Positions 13,801-27,000 of a stretch of DNA of 64,000 bases are shown here, one piece after another. Within the stretch, counting starts at the first letter, position 1. Every line of letters starts with the position of its first letter. The notes under the pieces are model-generated. The model searched no databases, was not told where the DNA came from, and saw only the letters and a list, made by a program, of their open reading frames with translations. Source of the stretch: Epiperipatus broadwayi (taxonomy: Eukaryota; Animalia; Onychophora). The stretch is from contig JAQFVV010000009.1 of the NCBI GenBank assembly GCA_028023455.1, positions 2,170,001 through 2,234,000 on the forward strand, given 5' to 3'. The position numbers were made by a program, and so were the translations under genes.

Positions 13801-14535
13801 TAGAGTTGTAATTATTTATAAAGCACATAGGACGTATATGTAAATACTTATTAAGACAGGCTTTAACCTGCATCCAATGCTTTGAAATTTATAACAGTCA
13901 AGGGGTTTGATAAAATTTAAGGATGTTCAAGTGAGATATTAATTTCAGATTCTATTAACAATAGATTATATTAATAAATCTCATCATTTAAATTCCGCTT
14001 TAAAAAATTTATATGAACAAATAATTTTTTGTTGTTTTAAAAGAAATAAATTTTTAAATATTGAACTGGTTTTATACTAAAACCAAATATTAATAATATG
14101 ACGCTAATAAAATTTGACATGTTTTGTGTTAATTTCAAATGATTTTCTTAACTTAGAAGTATGTTATTTGAATGTATACTACTGATTATTTTTTTCAACA
14201 ACAAAATGAATTTAAGACAAAAGTTCAAGATATGGTTTAAAAAAATATTCTTTCTTATTGAAGGCAAAAATAAAAATCAGTTTTAAGATTGATAAAAATA
14301 GACAACAAAAAAAGTTAAAGGAAAAGCTTTGGCTTGATCAATATATCCATTATTATCTTCACTATTCAAATTTAAAATGTTTTATTTAATTTCAATCAAT
14401 AAATGGTACTTGCGGATTAGCCTAGATACCAAGGTTGATTACTATAAAGGTTTATTTTATATTTTCTAATTTTTATTTATAAAAACATTAATTTTATTTC
14501 TAAATATTTAATCTTATATATATATTATTTTTTAG

Positions 14536-14606
14536 GTGCTTTAAATGCGATTGTTTTTGGTATGGACAGAGAAACTTTGAGTAGATTGACATGGGTTCAA
14601 ATCAAG
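14536..14606 (+). CDS. Internal exon of the GPCR (end of TM7 and helix 8): (G)ALNAIVFGMDRETLSRLTWVQIK
   Basis: ttttttAG acceptor, AAG|GTAAAC donor; 71 nt, phase 1 to phase 0, matching both neighbouring exons. Confidence 0.88.
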
Positions 14607-17600
14607 GTAAACACATAATTTTTCTTCATTGTGGCTTATTCAAGCACTGATTTCTGTAATTAAATAAATGTTTCACAGCATGTTTGCTATTGCATGGTCT
14701 GATTACCATTTTGCACAACTTTATCTAACTGAGGAATGAATTCAGAATTAATGAGTTTGCTTTTTTTAAGGCATGACAATCTTCCTTTCCATTCATTGCA
14801 TTATATTTTTCAGTAAACAAATAATACATATTCATTCATAAATGCTACATTGTTTGAAATAACAGTTATTAATTACTTTGTCAGTGGTTTATTACTGATC
14901 ATTTAATTAACTTTTTTTATTATAATATTTAATAAAAAGGTATTTATTTGGAATCAAAAATTATTTTACCCCCATCTTCTTATATAACATCAAATTTGAT
15001 GCATTAAATAGTATTCTCATGTCTGAGATGGAACCTTTTAGTTCGCAATTTATTTATTAGGAATGTTCAAAAAATAAAGCCATTTTATTAACTAATGAAT
15101 TTTTTTATTCTCTCACTTCCTTCTTATAGATGCTATCATAATCTTTGTTTTTCCAAACTTGCTTTACTTGTATGACTCTATTTTATTTTTTTCAGCATAC
15201 TTCAATACACGTTATTCTCTGCAATTTTTCCAATCTTTTTTTAAACTACTACTATCTTCTTCAGTATAGTGAGATGTAATGCAGTAGTAAAAATAACAGT
15301 CTCATAGCTAAAGGTTTCAGGATCAGATTTAATCTGTATAGTGTAAATAAAATTTTAAAAAACTTGATTCATTCTAATTGAATGATGCATGATCTCATGA
15401 GTAACTAGCAATATAATTCATTTTCTTTATAATATAATATTTAGTCTTTCAAAAACAACATTAGTAATTATATTCTTTCGCAATATAGATAGCTCTATTC
15501 ATTTTTTAATTTTATACATTATTTTAAAACACGCACATATATTTCTTTTCTTTTTTTAACACTTAATGTTCTTCACTCGATTAAAAAAAAAGATTTTATT
15601 TATATTTAAGGTTATTGCTGGATAGAGAATTTTATATTTGGGAGGAAAAAATCATAGATTTAATTTTTAATAAAATGAATTCATCTCTATTATAAATAAA
15701 ATTTGTGATGACTTAAAAATTATAAAATTTTTTGAAAAATGTAAAATTCAAAAATTATAGAATTTTATTTGGGCATGCTTTGAATTTTGTTTAATGGTTA
15801 AAGTAGTTTTTTTCCCATTTACACCCGTGTTTCACATATATATATATATGTGTGTGTATGTATAGTAGATATTATTTTTGATTTTGTAAGAATAAGATGA
15901 AAGAACTAAGGTTTTGTATCATTTGCATAAACACACACATACATGCAGGGCCATTGCATGTGTAAAAGGTGCCTTTGTGCAAGCTAAATTTTAGTGTACC
16001 TAATCTCATAATCAGAGCTGGCCTGAGAGCAGTGTGACAGCAGAAGATTTCGCATTTGTCAAGATCCCAGGCCTTTATGATCTATGTTTTTGAAAAAATC
16101 AAAAAATAAAACATTTTATCACAGACTAAATGAAACTATGATTCATTTTTTGCCAAAACTTTGTAATTTATAAACCCTACATTGAATATCATATGCAAAG
16201 AAATACAATTGTAGATGCATTGATTATGCAGTTACACAGATTTTTCAGTTATGTTGTTTATCTAAATGTTTCACAATGTTGTGGTTATGTTAATGTGAAT
16301 CAGGATTTACAAAAAAAATAAAATGAAATAAAAGTAGCACAATATTATTAATGGATTTACTATAAAACATTGAAGAAAATTAAATATATATTTTTGCATT
16401 ATATGTATTTTACTTTTTTTTCTCAAAGATTGATTCAAAATCATATTTATAATAAATAAATAAATATTTATATATAATAATTACTAATTTATGCAATTTT
16501 AATATATCTATATTTGCAAGTAAGATCATTTATTTTTAAAAATATCTAAATGTTTTTTTATTATATGAACACCCCCCTCCCATAAAATAGAATTATTTAA
16601 TTAAAACAAAATGAACTCTATATAGTTTTGTTTAACAAAAGATCAATAGAATATTAAAAAATATATAATTTTGTTTAACAAAAGATACAATAGAATATTA
16701 AAAAATTATAATTATTTACACTTTTAACTTTTCATTTACATTTAAATTCTCCTAACTTTTGGTAGCTACAATATGATAAATAATAATTATTTTTAATTAG
16801 ATCAAATCTAAGTAACATTTTAATCATTTCAAAATAATTTTTGTTTTTTACTTTGTTTCATTTGGAATCTTTCATGCATATTTTATGTTTTCTATTAATA
16901 AAATTAATTTTTCAATTCTAATATTCGTTCAATAATAGAATAATTTTTTGTATGCTTATTATTTCAATTTAAAAATTTAATCATGTTATATGTAGTCAGG
17001 TATCTAGGAATTTTAAGGATTTACATTGTATTTATTTAAGGGAAGAAATTTTCACACAGTGTTCACTCAATAAATTTTTAGAAGCCATTATATCACACTT
17101 TACACTTTCTTATGTTTAATGACAGATTATAATAATCAAATAATTGATTTCTTTCATTAGAATTAATAAAGAATTTTGAAGACACTTTGCCAATCAAGCA
17201 TTTTATAGTTGAACAATCAACAGAGAGACATTAATTAATAATGTTATTATGAAATGTGTGCAATGAGATCTTTTTAAAAAATTATTTGTTACTAATTCCG
17301 TTTTCCTTGAATTTGGACTGCCATATATTTGGATAATTTTATGGCTCAATTACAAATTCCTCTGCAATACCAAGTCAATAAAAGCAAATTAGTAAAATAT
17401 GTAAAAAAATTATACTGATATTAAAAAAATTATAGTATTAATATTAAAAAGCAAAAATAGGCAATATCTGTATAAATGTCTTCATTGGATTCAAGTCCCC
17501 AAACCCTATGTTTAAGCTGATCACATGCCTAACCTTTCAAACATACATACACATGGCAGAAACTTATAAAATATGATTGATAAACTAAATTTCCTACTAT

Positions 17601-20233
17601 GCATAATTATTATGAATTACTGTTTTAAATAAGTTTAATTTTAAATAAATTATTAATAATAATAATGTCTCTTTTTCATATACATTATAATAAAGGTAAC
17701 TTGGAATCTGAGCATTTACATATAAATTTTATTAATTATCACAGCAAAATGACACCAAGTCTGTTTAGTTTAGCACAATGATGGATAATAAAATGTTTAG
17801 CATATCAGAAGTCTCAGTAAAAAAATAATTTTATATTTAAATAAAATATATATGAAATCAGAACATGTTTCTAACAATCTAAATATTTTCATTTATGTAT
17901 AAATTTTATTATTTATCGCTGTGAAATGGCTTCTCTCTGTTTGATGCTGTTCAAGGATAGAGTATATAATATTTAACATAATTTGAACAATTTAAGTAAA
18001 AATGTAATTGTTGTGTATTCAGCTATGAAGCTGACTACCAACAATTATCACAAAATTATTAATTACCCAAAATGTTATTAAATAAGAATAAATATATTTA
18101 TTTATATATTATATATATACACATCAATTAAGATTTAACTAAACAGTGTTCATTAGCACCTTTATATACATATTAACAATTAGTCATTGATTTAAAGTTA
18201 TAAATGTTCAATGCTATAATCGCCACCAAGCAAACAAATATTGCCACAGCAATAATGGTGGACTTAGTGAATACTAAAAGTTTATACACACAGTATTTAA
18301 AACACAATTCTCCTTGGGCCTTCTCAGGCATACACAAATAATAAAAGACCGGTAAGGTCTATAAACATTTTCCCTTGCCGGTTATCTTTCAGCTTCAGAG
18401 GCACAAGCTCTAGGACACTTTCATCATTGCAGAAAAGTCTAGGGCCACTTCTCCCTCAGCTTTTCTCAAAGGGCCTTATGACAGCAACAAACAACAGCAA
18501 GCGATGAGTGGAGAAAAGCTGATGACAGTGACCTTTTGTTGTATGCACTATTTATAATGTTTTCTCCTTGCTTGAATTCATTGACCAATTCCTATCATTC
18601 CAATTTAAAAGTAAATCTATTTTTATAATGATGATAAGGATCCGGCTCTATTTATGTCTGTTCGCATTCCTCAATAATTAGCTTCAAATATTTATTCCAT
18701 TTTTTTCCTAAAATAGTTTAATGGTTTGATTTTAACAATACACAGTTTTCTTGGTATTTTAAATCCACGAATTATATTCAGCCTTGAAAATAATCTTTTG
18801 CATTATTTTTTTGGCATTCTTTTATAGAATGCTTTTAAGTTACAATCTTTATCTGTTTAAGTCTGATTTATCTGCAAACCAATCTTTCTTCGTTGAATTA
18901 GACTTAAATTCAAATTATCAAAATAAAGTTTCCTTTATTTTTACATAATTTATTTTTCATTATTTTTTAAAATTTACATATCTTTTTATTGCTTTTTAAA
19001 CTAGATATGTATTTACATTTCATTACTGTTTTTTCTCTGAAGCAAAACTTAGCTTTATAACTTATAGCTCTTGAGTTACTAAAGCCTAATATATTTTCTA
19101 CAAAATATAGCAGTAATCATCTTATATTTAAATAAAAAAAATATTTATAATCAGAATGTGTTTCTAGCAAAGGAGTGATTTGTAAATCTAAGCACTTATG
19201 AATCAGAACTTGTTTCTAACACTGGAGTGATTCATAAATCCAAACATTTTCATTTACATATAATTTTTATTAATCATTGCCATGATTTAGCACCTCAATT
19301 GATGAAGTGCCTTTGTTGCCACACAACCTGCACACCTGCATGCACGACCTGCATACATGCATGTACACACATACCCACACATATGTATGCAATTGAGTTA
19401 ATATTAATTTTGTTTTATGAATGAACTAGCTAAAATCTTGTGCTATTTGCAAATTATTCTCCAATTTATACTTTAGTCTGAAAGTGAGTGTGTAGTTACT
19501 TTTACTTAAAATTAAAGATCTCAGATTAATCTGGATTGATCAGATGAGTGCCAATGCATTGTTTGTAATATAAAAGTTCATATATAATATGATGCTCTTT
19601 TGGTTGCATTTGCAATCTATATTTAATTGGCATGAGTGAATGCTGATCTTATACCTGAGTTGATCTGCAGTGAACTGTTAAACAATTGAATTTATATAAC
19701 ACTTTATCATTGGGTTTCTACTTCTAAATTTCATAGTAATTTTTAAATAACAAATTTTATAAGTTCCTTTTAAGGTGCTTTACTTGGTTTGCTGAAGTCA
19801 TGTTTATATCAAGAATATAAAACAATATTGACTTTATAGTTAGAATGGCTTGATAGTGAACAAAAATTTTTAGTTTTTTTTCTAAAAAAGAAAAAAATGT
19901 TAATCTTATCCTTTGAGAAGAAATTCTTCTAGCAATGATCTAAGAGCTATAATTAGATATTCCCAAAAAATAAAAGAATAGTGTTACTAGGGAATGATTT
20001 TAATAGAAAAAGAAAACAGAATGGTATTTTCCTATGACTCAGAAACTACCACATTTCATCTTAAGGAAATACTTTTTGATGAATGTGATGAATTTCTAAT
20101 AGTATCATAATAGACCAACAATTTTGTAATGACATTTAGGTCTAGTTAGTACTGAATGATACTGCCATAGCTATTTATGCAAGAAAAAACGTTTTGTATT
20201 TATATCTTAGATTTAAGGCAAGTCAGACCTTTA

Positions 20234-20300
20234 GGTCAAGCGTTGCTGGCCCTAGCCTGGGTTCACTTCCCAGTCAATGCTTTGACTCATGAAAAAAAAA
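20234..20300 (+). mobile_element. Short poly(A)-tailed retroposon with 14-bp TSD ending in a tRNA-Gly-like T-arm/acceptor half
   Basis: TSD aagtcagaccttta at 20220-20233 and 20301-20314; cctgggttcacttcccagtcaatgc resembles the tRNA-Gly 3' half; second copy at ~47530-47566 (-). Confidence 0.65.
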
Positions 20301-23245
20301 AAGTCAGACCTTTATATTAAATTCATTTCTGCTTAAGGCAATTTTGAAGATATCTTAAGTAGCAAATAGTTTTGAACAAATTCAAATTTTTGAATTTATA
20401 TATATATATAACACAAGCTAACTAAGAAGAAATAAATTATACTATTTTTATTGTTAAGAAATGTTTTGAAAATAATAAATAGTGATTATTATCTGTTCAA
20501 AAGTTATTTTAAATGCTAGAGGAAAAAACAATTTTTTCTGTTGTTAAATAATCAACCAATTTATTTGTTCAGGAGATGTTAGAATATTGTGACAGAGCAG
20601 AGCTGTGATCTATAGATTTTGATCTCCAGAATTTTCCATTCTGCCGCTGCATCAAATCTCATAGAATTCTGTCATTTAAAAGACTGAAATATTTATTAAA
20701 TATAGTTAAAATATTTTTTAATGACAAAATAGAAGAATTTCTGTTTTAATTTGGAAAAATGATAAATTCTTTAAATCGAAAAACTATGAAGATATTAATC
20801 TAGAAACATTGAAAGTATTTGTTAAATTATATATAACATCTTAGACATTTTCTTCATGATCATGAATAGAAATATGTTTAACAAAAATAAAAATTACAAA
20901 TCTTGTTTAAAAAAATACAAAAAAGTTATCATCTAGAAATAGTGTGATTGAAAAATAAGCTTTGTTTGATAGTAAGTCAATTATAGTAAAGAAATAAACT
21001 ATTAATTACAAATAAAACATTCTGCATTATTTATTTTTTTTAAAATTATTTTCTTGTCTTAGTTTATTAATAAAATGGATGAATTAGTATAATTAAGTCA
21101 TGTTGGATAATTGTGTTGGAAAATATATTCTTTTCTCCATTAGGCCGGCAAAATTTAGAAATGCAGGATTATATTTCTTATCGTCAGGTACTTTCCAAAA
21201 GAAAGTTCTACAACATCGTATACATTTTGAAGTGCAGCTGCCTCTTGATTTACATTTTAAATATTCAGAGCTTGCTTTTTTTTAAAGTTACTCATCAATT
21301 TCTATTTTTCATTCTCACCCTTTATTATTTCTTTTAATATGTCTTTCATAATTCCTTTGTCTTTTAAATACATATCCAGTCCAATTTCTTTTTCATTTCT
21401 TAAATTACTCATTTAATTATTACTTTATATATTTATATTTAAAATAAGATTTTATATAATTCTGATTTGTGTTCTAGTATAGTTGACAAACAGTCTTCCT
21501 GAAATGGTTGCATTGTTATAATTTACAGTTCATAAATTGTCTTTTATATAACATATATGTCATATTTTGTAATGATATTTTGGAAATCAATTAATATTCT
21601 ATTGTACATATTACATAACTGTATTTCTTATCCAACTTTTTTTTTCATTTGTTGTTGTCATTTACTTTTTTTTTTCATTATCTAAATCACTGCTTCATAT
21701 AAAGCTACATTCTAAACAAGATGCTTTTTTCTTTAATGTTAATGCACTATCTAACAACTATTATCTATATTTAAAGCTGCTTTAACTAATATTTTAATTT
21801 CTTAATCATTACATTAAGAGCAGATAATATACTGTAGAGATCCCATATCATATTTACTCATACTTTTATTTACTCAACTGTTGGACTATTTCCATCATCT
21901 AGTTGAATTTGTAAATATTTTTTGTAAATTTAATTAATGATAGAAATAGCAATATATCATTACAAGTAAGATGCCATTATCTTTATTATAATGTTTTTGC
22001 ATAATAAACTGCTTAGAAATGATGTTAACAGGAACTTAATATGTTTAAAATGGAAAAAAAAACAACCAATATGGAGAGAATCACTATAAACTTTAATTAC
22101 TAATGTGATAAAAGTTAATAGATCTGAATTCTAAAGAATCTATTTTGAAAAAGTCATCAATTTATAAAATAATCTACATGATCTTCTGACTAAAGTTTCT
22201 TGGGTTAATATACTAATGGGGAATAGAAAAACCAGAATCAGAGACTCGTTCTGTAAAAGATTATAATCTATCTAAAAGCAGTGTTGGTATTGCATAACAA
22301 AACAACTGATTTGGCAATGAATATGTCTTCATTTTTATACAGAAGTTCTAGAAAATAAGAAGCTTTATTTCACACATTCAAATTAGATATAATATAAATA
22401 CTGGAAATTTAAGATTCAACTGATTAAAAGCATTGACCATGAAATTATAATAGATTAATATGATTGAATCAAATTTACTTCCATAGAAATCAATAACCAG
22501 TTTAAATATGTTTTTTATTATTATAAAAGTAAAATTAATACAAAGCAATTAATATATTTAATAAATAAATATTAATACTATGTGTGTATATGGTTATAAA
22601 TAATCAAATGGTTTATAGTTTGAGTGTTCATATGAAGTTGGAGCAGCAGAAATGACAGATCTAAAGCCACAATCCACAATCTTAAGCTCCAGAACTTGCC
22701 ATTCTAACACTGCACTAATTCACATATCTAAAGTAATCAAATGATTTATTGCTTACGAATTCATAAGAAGTTTGAGCAATAGAATTGTGATCCATAGAGC
22801 TCCAGAGTCAATTAGTATATTAAAATCAAGCTAAATCAATTTGCACATACACTTACATATAAACAATTATTCTACCATCGTATACCATATGTGTATGTGA
22901 TAGTTAAAATAATACTATATTAAGAATATATTTTGTTTAAAATAAAAACTAGAGTCCCTTCAAATTCATTTTCTTCTTATTTTTCAAGTTTATATCTATA
23001 TACACACATAAACAATATAATAGCAATGTAAATAAACTTCATAATCATTATAATTCAATTATTTAGTTTTTTTGCTTTTATCACTTAAATTTTGTCATTT
23101 ATGCATAAGTAACTAATGGGTTTAACAATTTGTATTTTATTTTATTGAGAATAATTTTGTTAGAAAAATGAATTGTATATATAGTCAAATGTTATCTGTA
23201 ATTAATAAAAATATGTAAAAAATAATAATTTTTAAATAATGTATA

Positions 23246-23621
23246 CTAGCTGATTAAAAAGAAGAAAAATAACAAAGTAATATGACTAAAAATTAGGAAA
23301 AAAGCTGTATCTCGGTTAATTTGACATTCTTGGAAAATATCAAAGATCTTAAGAATCTAGACTTGTTATAAAATAATTGGAAATTGCAGGAATATTGTTG
23401 TTTCAAAAAGGCATTTGAGGCCAAATAAATGATAAAAATCAAATGATGTCAAATGCTTTTATGAAATGACAATATTCCAGCAATTTCCAATTGTTTTATA
23501 ACAGGTCTAAATTTTTAAGGTCTCCATTATTTTCCAAGAATGGCAAATTAACTGAGATTCAGTTTTTTTCTACTTTTTTAGTCAAATTCCTTAGTTATTT
23601 TTTTACTTTTTAGTCAGCTAG
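23246..23621. repeat. Imperfect long inverted repeat (23246-23418 / 23449-23621)
   Basis: Arms reverse-complementary, e.g. ataattggaaattgcaggaatattgt versus acaatattccagcaatttccaattgt; 30-bp spacer. Confidence 0.8.
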
Positions 23622-25289
23622 AACTGTTTACATAAAAGCATTATTTAAAAAAAAAATTTTTTAAATAAAATTTTAAAAAATCTCAGCTAGAACAAATTTA
23701 AAAAATATGGATATACAGACAGAAACATGCACAGATATGGCAAGCTAATAAAAAAGCATATAATAACAATAAAGTGTAGGGTATTCTATTGCTTCAAAAA
23801 CAGTGTACATTTAAATATAGACTTCATTTCTTTTAGTTTTTTTGTATTTCACTGATAAATATATTTGTATCTATCAGTAAACATTATTAGTCAATTGGTC
23901 TTACTTATATATTTGATACTATATTTCTGCTTACTGTTTATTTTTTTCAGGAAGAGGAATAATAATTTTTAATTTCTGTAATGAGAAGTGAGTTTAAATA
24001 ATTTTATATTAATATAAATTATCAAGTTAACCAATATTAATCAGTTGTGAGTTCTTTAATCACTTAGTAGATGATTGATATGGTAAGGAGGAAGTCTTGG
24101 ATATTATTATCCTTATTGTGCTTATTTTTTGGCTCATTAAAGAGTAGATCTGTGATTGATTAGCAATTTATTAACACATTACAAACAGTAATGATAGATA
24201 AAAAATATATATAAATTATATACTATTATTTCTAGTTCAAGATTTTTTTTTTTAAAATAAGAATGTTCATCTTCAAATATACTTATTTATATAAAATAAA
24301 TCAATAATTACATTTGTAAATAATGTATACACTTAAATTGTAATCAAGTAATTATTGTTAATAGTTTAATGTGTTTTCAGTATCATGCATCATAATCTTG
24401 GCTTTCAACTAATTATATTGGCCACTATGCAAAATCCTATGTATATGTAATGGTTTCAGAATGTGATCAATTGTATACTATTTGATCTTCGGTTAATAAC
24501 ATTTTTTGCTTTTGAAATAAACCATAGTGGGTTTTTTTATCTTTCATTTTTAGTCATCAGGCTCTTTACAAATAATTTTAATTTTTTGGGTATAAAGATC
24601 ATATTAAAAACAATAATAATGGTGCATAACATTGAAAGCATTTTTGCTATTACTATTAGTTAGTTAACTTTGATTCAGGCTCACCTATGTAAATGTGATT
24701 ATTTGGTTATATATATATATATTAAATCTAATGATAATTGAAGCATTTAAAGAGGGAGTCTCTGAATTAAATTTTAAAGATATACTTTGAGTAGTTTAAG
24801 TTTCTTGCTAAGTGCACATTAAAACATTGAAAATGCTCTTGGCAAAAAATTTGTGATACTGTGAAGTTCATCTTTAAAATTTAATTCAGTCCCACTTTAA
24901 ATGCTGTAATGTCTTTATATATATATTCTAACCTACGATATTTATTATTTAGTTTAGTTTATGCACTTTGACAGAAATGTTTATTCTGTAATTATTTATT
25001 AGTCTAGTTTGCACTAATTTTTCAGGTTGGAAATTAAGGCAACCCAAAATAAATCAACCTATCCATTAATTTGCCAATATGATCTAAAATACTTTTCATA
25101 TAATACAATTGTACATTCAATTCTCTTAAGCCATGCCATGATTGTAATAACAACAATAATTGATCACTTATTAATTTAAAGAATAATTATAATAATATTA
25201 ATCTCAGGGTTCTTTGTTTCATGTAAGGAAATGCTCGGCGGTATTGTGTTGTTGCATATGACTGGCATTCTGGTCGGCTATAGGAAACA

Positions 25290-27000
25290 TTTATTTTACT
25301 TAAATTCAATGTGTCTTCATCTCTCATATCAACTGCTATATTATTTAAAGAGATGATAATTCTATTCAATAATGACGTATAATTTTGAATAACACAGCCC
25401 TTTTTTCCAGAATCTCAGTCTCAGAATAATAAAAAGACAAGGGTGCTTTTTGTGTCCTTCCATCATCCATGACAACACAATATATAACTAAGATTTATTA
25501 CTTAGACAATTTAACTAAATGGGAATGGAATAATGTGCAACCAAAGTTAATGGTTTGGGAATAAATTCACAAAGGTGAATGTTTAGTCTTAAGTTTTCAA
25601 CTCCATAAATAATTATCATTAAACTAAAATATAATGACATATTCCGATCTGCTTAAATTTATTTCTCTGATCTATTAAGTTTTTAAGGGTTTGAAATGAT
25701 TTCGGACTCAAGAAAAGGTTTTGCAAATATTGTGCAAACACTTATATTTAGCATATAAAAACAAAAAAAATGAATCTACAACAAATTTTAACAAGACTAT
25801 AATTTATTACTATCACAAAAAAAAATATATGAACATTTATTCAATAATCCCATAGTAATACAAAAATATAAAATATAACTGATATTAATCTGTATACTCT
25901 TTTGGTTATGGACTAGAGGTTACTACTTCTCCTGTATGCAATCATATGAATTGATTAACTAAAAGTACATTTCATTACCAATACATTGTTTATTAAATTT
26001 TGGTAACCTTGTAGAAGCTTTTATTCAAAATTATTGACTAACTATTTTTTTTTTTTTTTTGTTTTTTTTTTAAATGATTAATCCCATCATATGCAATACG
26101 CAAAATATTAAATTTATTTCTAATACATTTACTTTATTTATGGTCTTTAATGGGATAACCTATTCTAATTATAGGCCAGTTATCAGAAGTTACCCTTACC
26201 ATCTTACATTTAACTTAATGCTAACTTAAGTTATGATACAAATTTTATTCATACGTATAATTTTAAATATGAGTATTATTTAATTACTAACCAGAATTAA
26301 ATATTGCATTTGAATATTCCTTCAGTAAATAAGCATTTTAAATTACGCAATTTTAATTACTTTCTCCATTGATTTACTTGTCAAATACTAGCAATATTTA
26401 GCAGCACAATACAGATATTGATCCTAGTTACTAACGCACTATTTATACTAAAGTGGATCTTGAGGAACTAACACCTCCAATATAACCTTTATCTTGCCCG
26501 AACTTTCAAAATTAAGCACAATAATCAACACCTTCCATGGTGGAGCTATCTTTATTTTCACATGAGGAATATGGAATAACCACGAAGGTCTGTAAAGTAA
26601 TCTATTACATTAAAATATTTTGGTGGTTTCTTGCCTCTTACTTGGGCATACGACGAACACACACCAAATACAATCCTCTCCTGGGATTTAAAGGAATGAA
26701 GCATACTAAATGCTAGATAAATTCTTGATCGTCCTATCTATGAGAATCGATCACTTGGGCTATAAACATACCCGAGCATTATATTTAAAATCTTCCTCTC
26801 ATGGAAAACAAAGCTTTTGGGGAGATCATTTTTCATCCCACAAAATAAATACATTATAATTATTACCTATGCGAATATTAAGCATATACCAATGCTATAT
26901 CTGGGCAGGATAAGTAAATACACTGACTATAATAAACTTATGTTACCGTGTATACCTTGATCAACATCTGAAATCAATGGACATCATAGAATAAAAGTAT
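25290..27000 (-). mobile_element. Decayed Penelope-like element (RT C-terminus, GIY-YIG and C-terminal remnants)
   Basis: Minus-strand peptides RIVFGVC, QTFVVIPY, ..GYIG.. (~26490), SETEILEK and DMRDEDTLNLSKI resemble PLE linker and endonuclease segments; interrupted by AT-rich sequence. Confidence 0.4.

Noticed and set aside
1960-16705. Short tandem duplications (~1960-2019, ~8284-8338, ~16618-16705)
   Set aside because: Two-copy local duplications with no spacers; ordinary slippage, not CRISPR-like arrays.
18350-18540. Possible mariner transposase C-terminus on the minus strand
   Set aside because: Similarity to YSPDLAP and downstream motifs is too weak to support.
24530-24565. Minus-strand CTGATGA...GAAA
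   Set aside because: No stem II between the core segments; expected by chance in AT-rich DNA.
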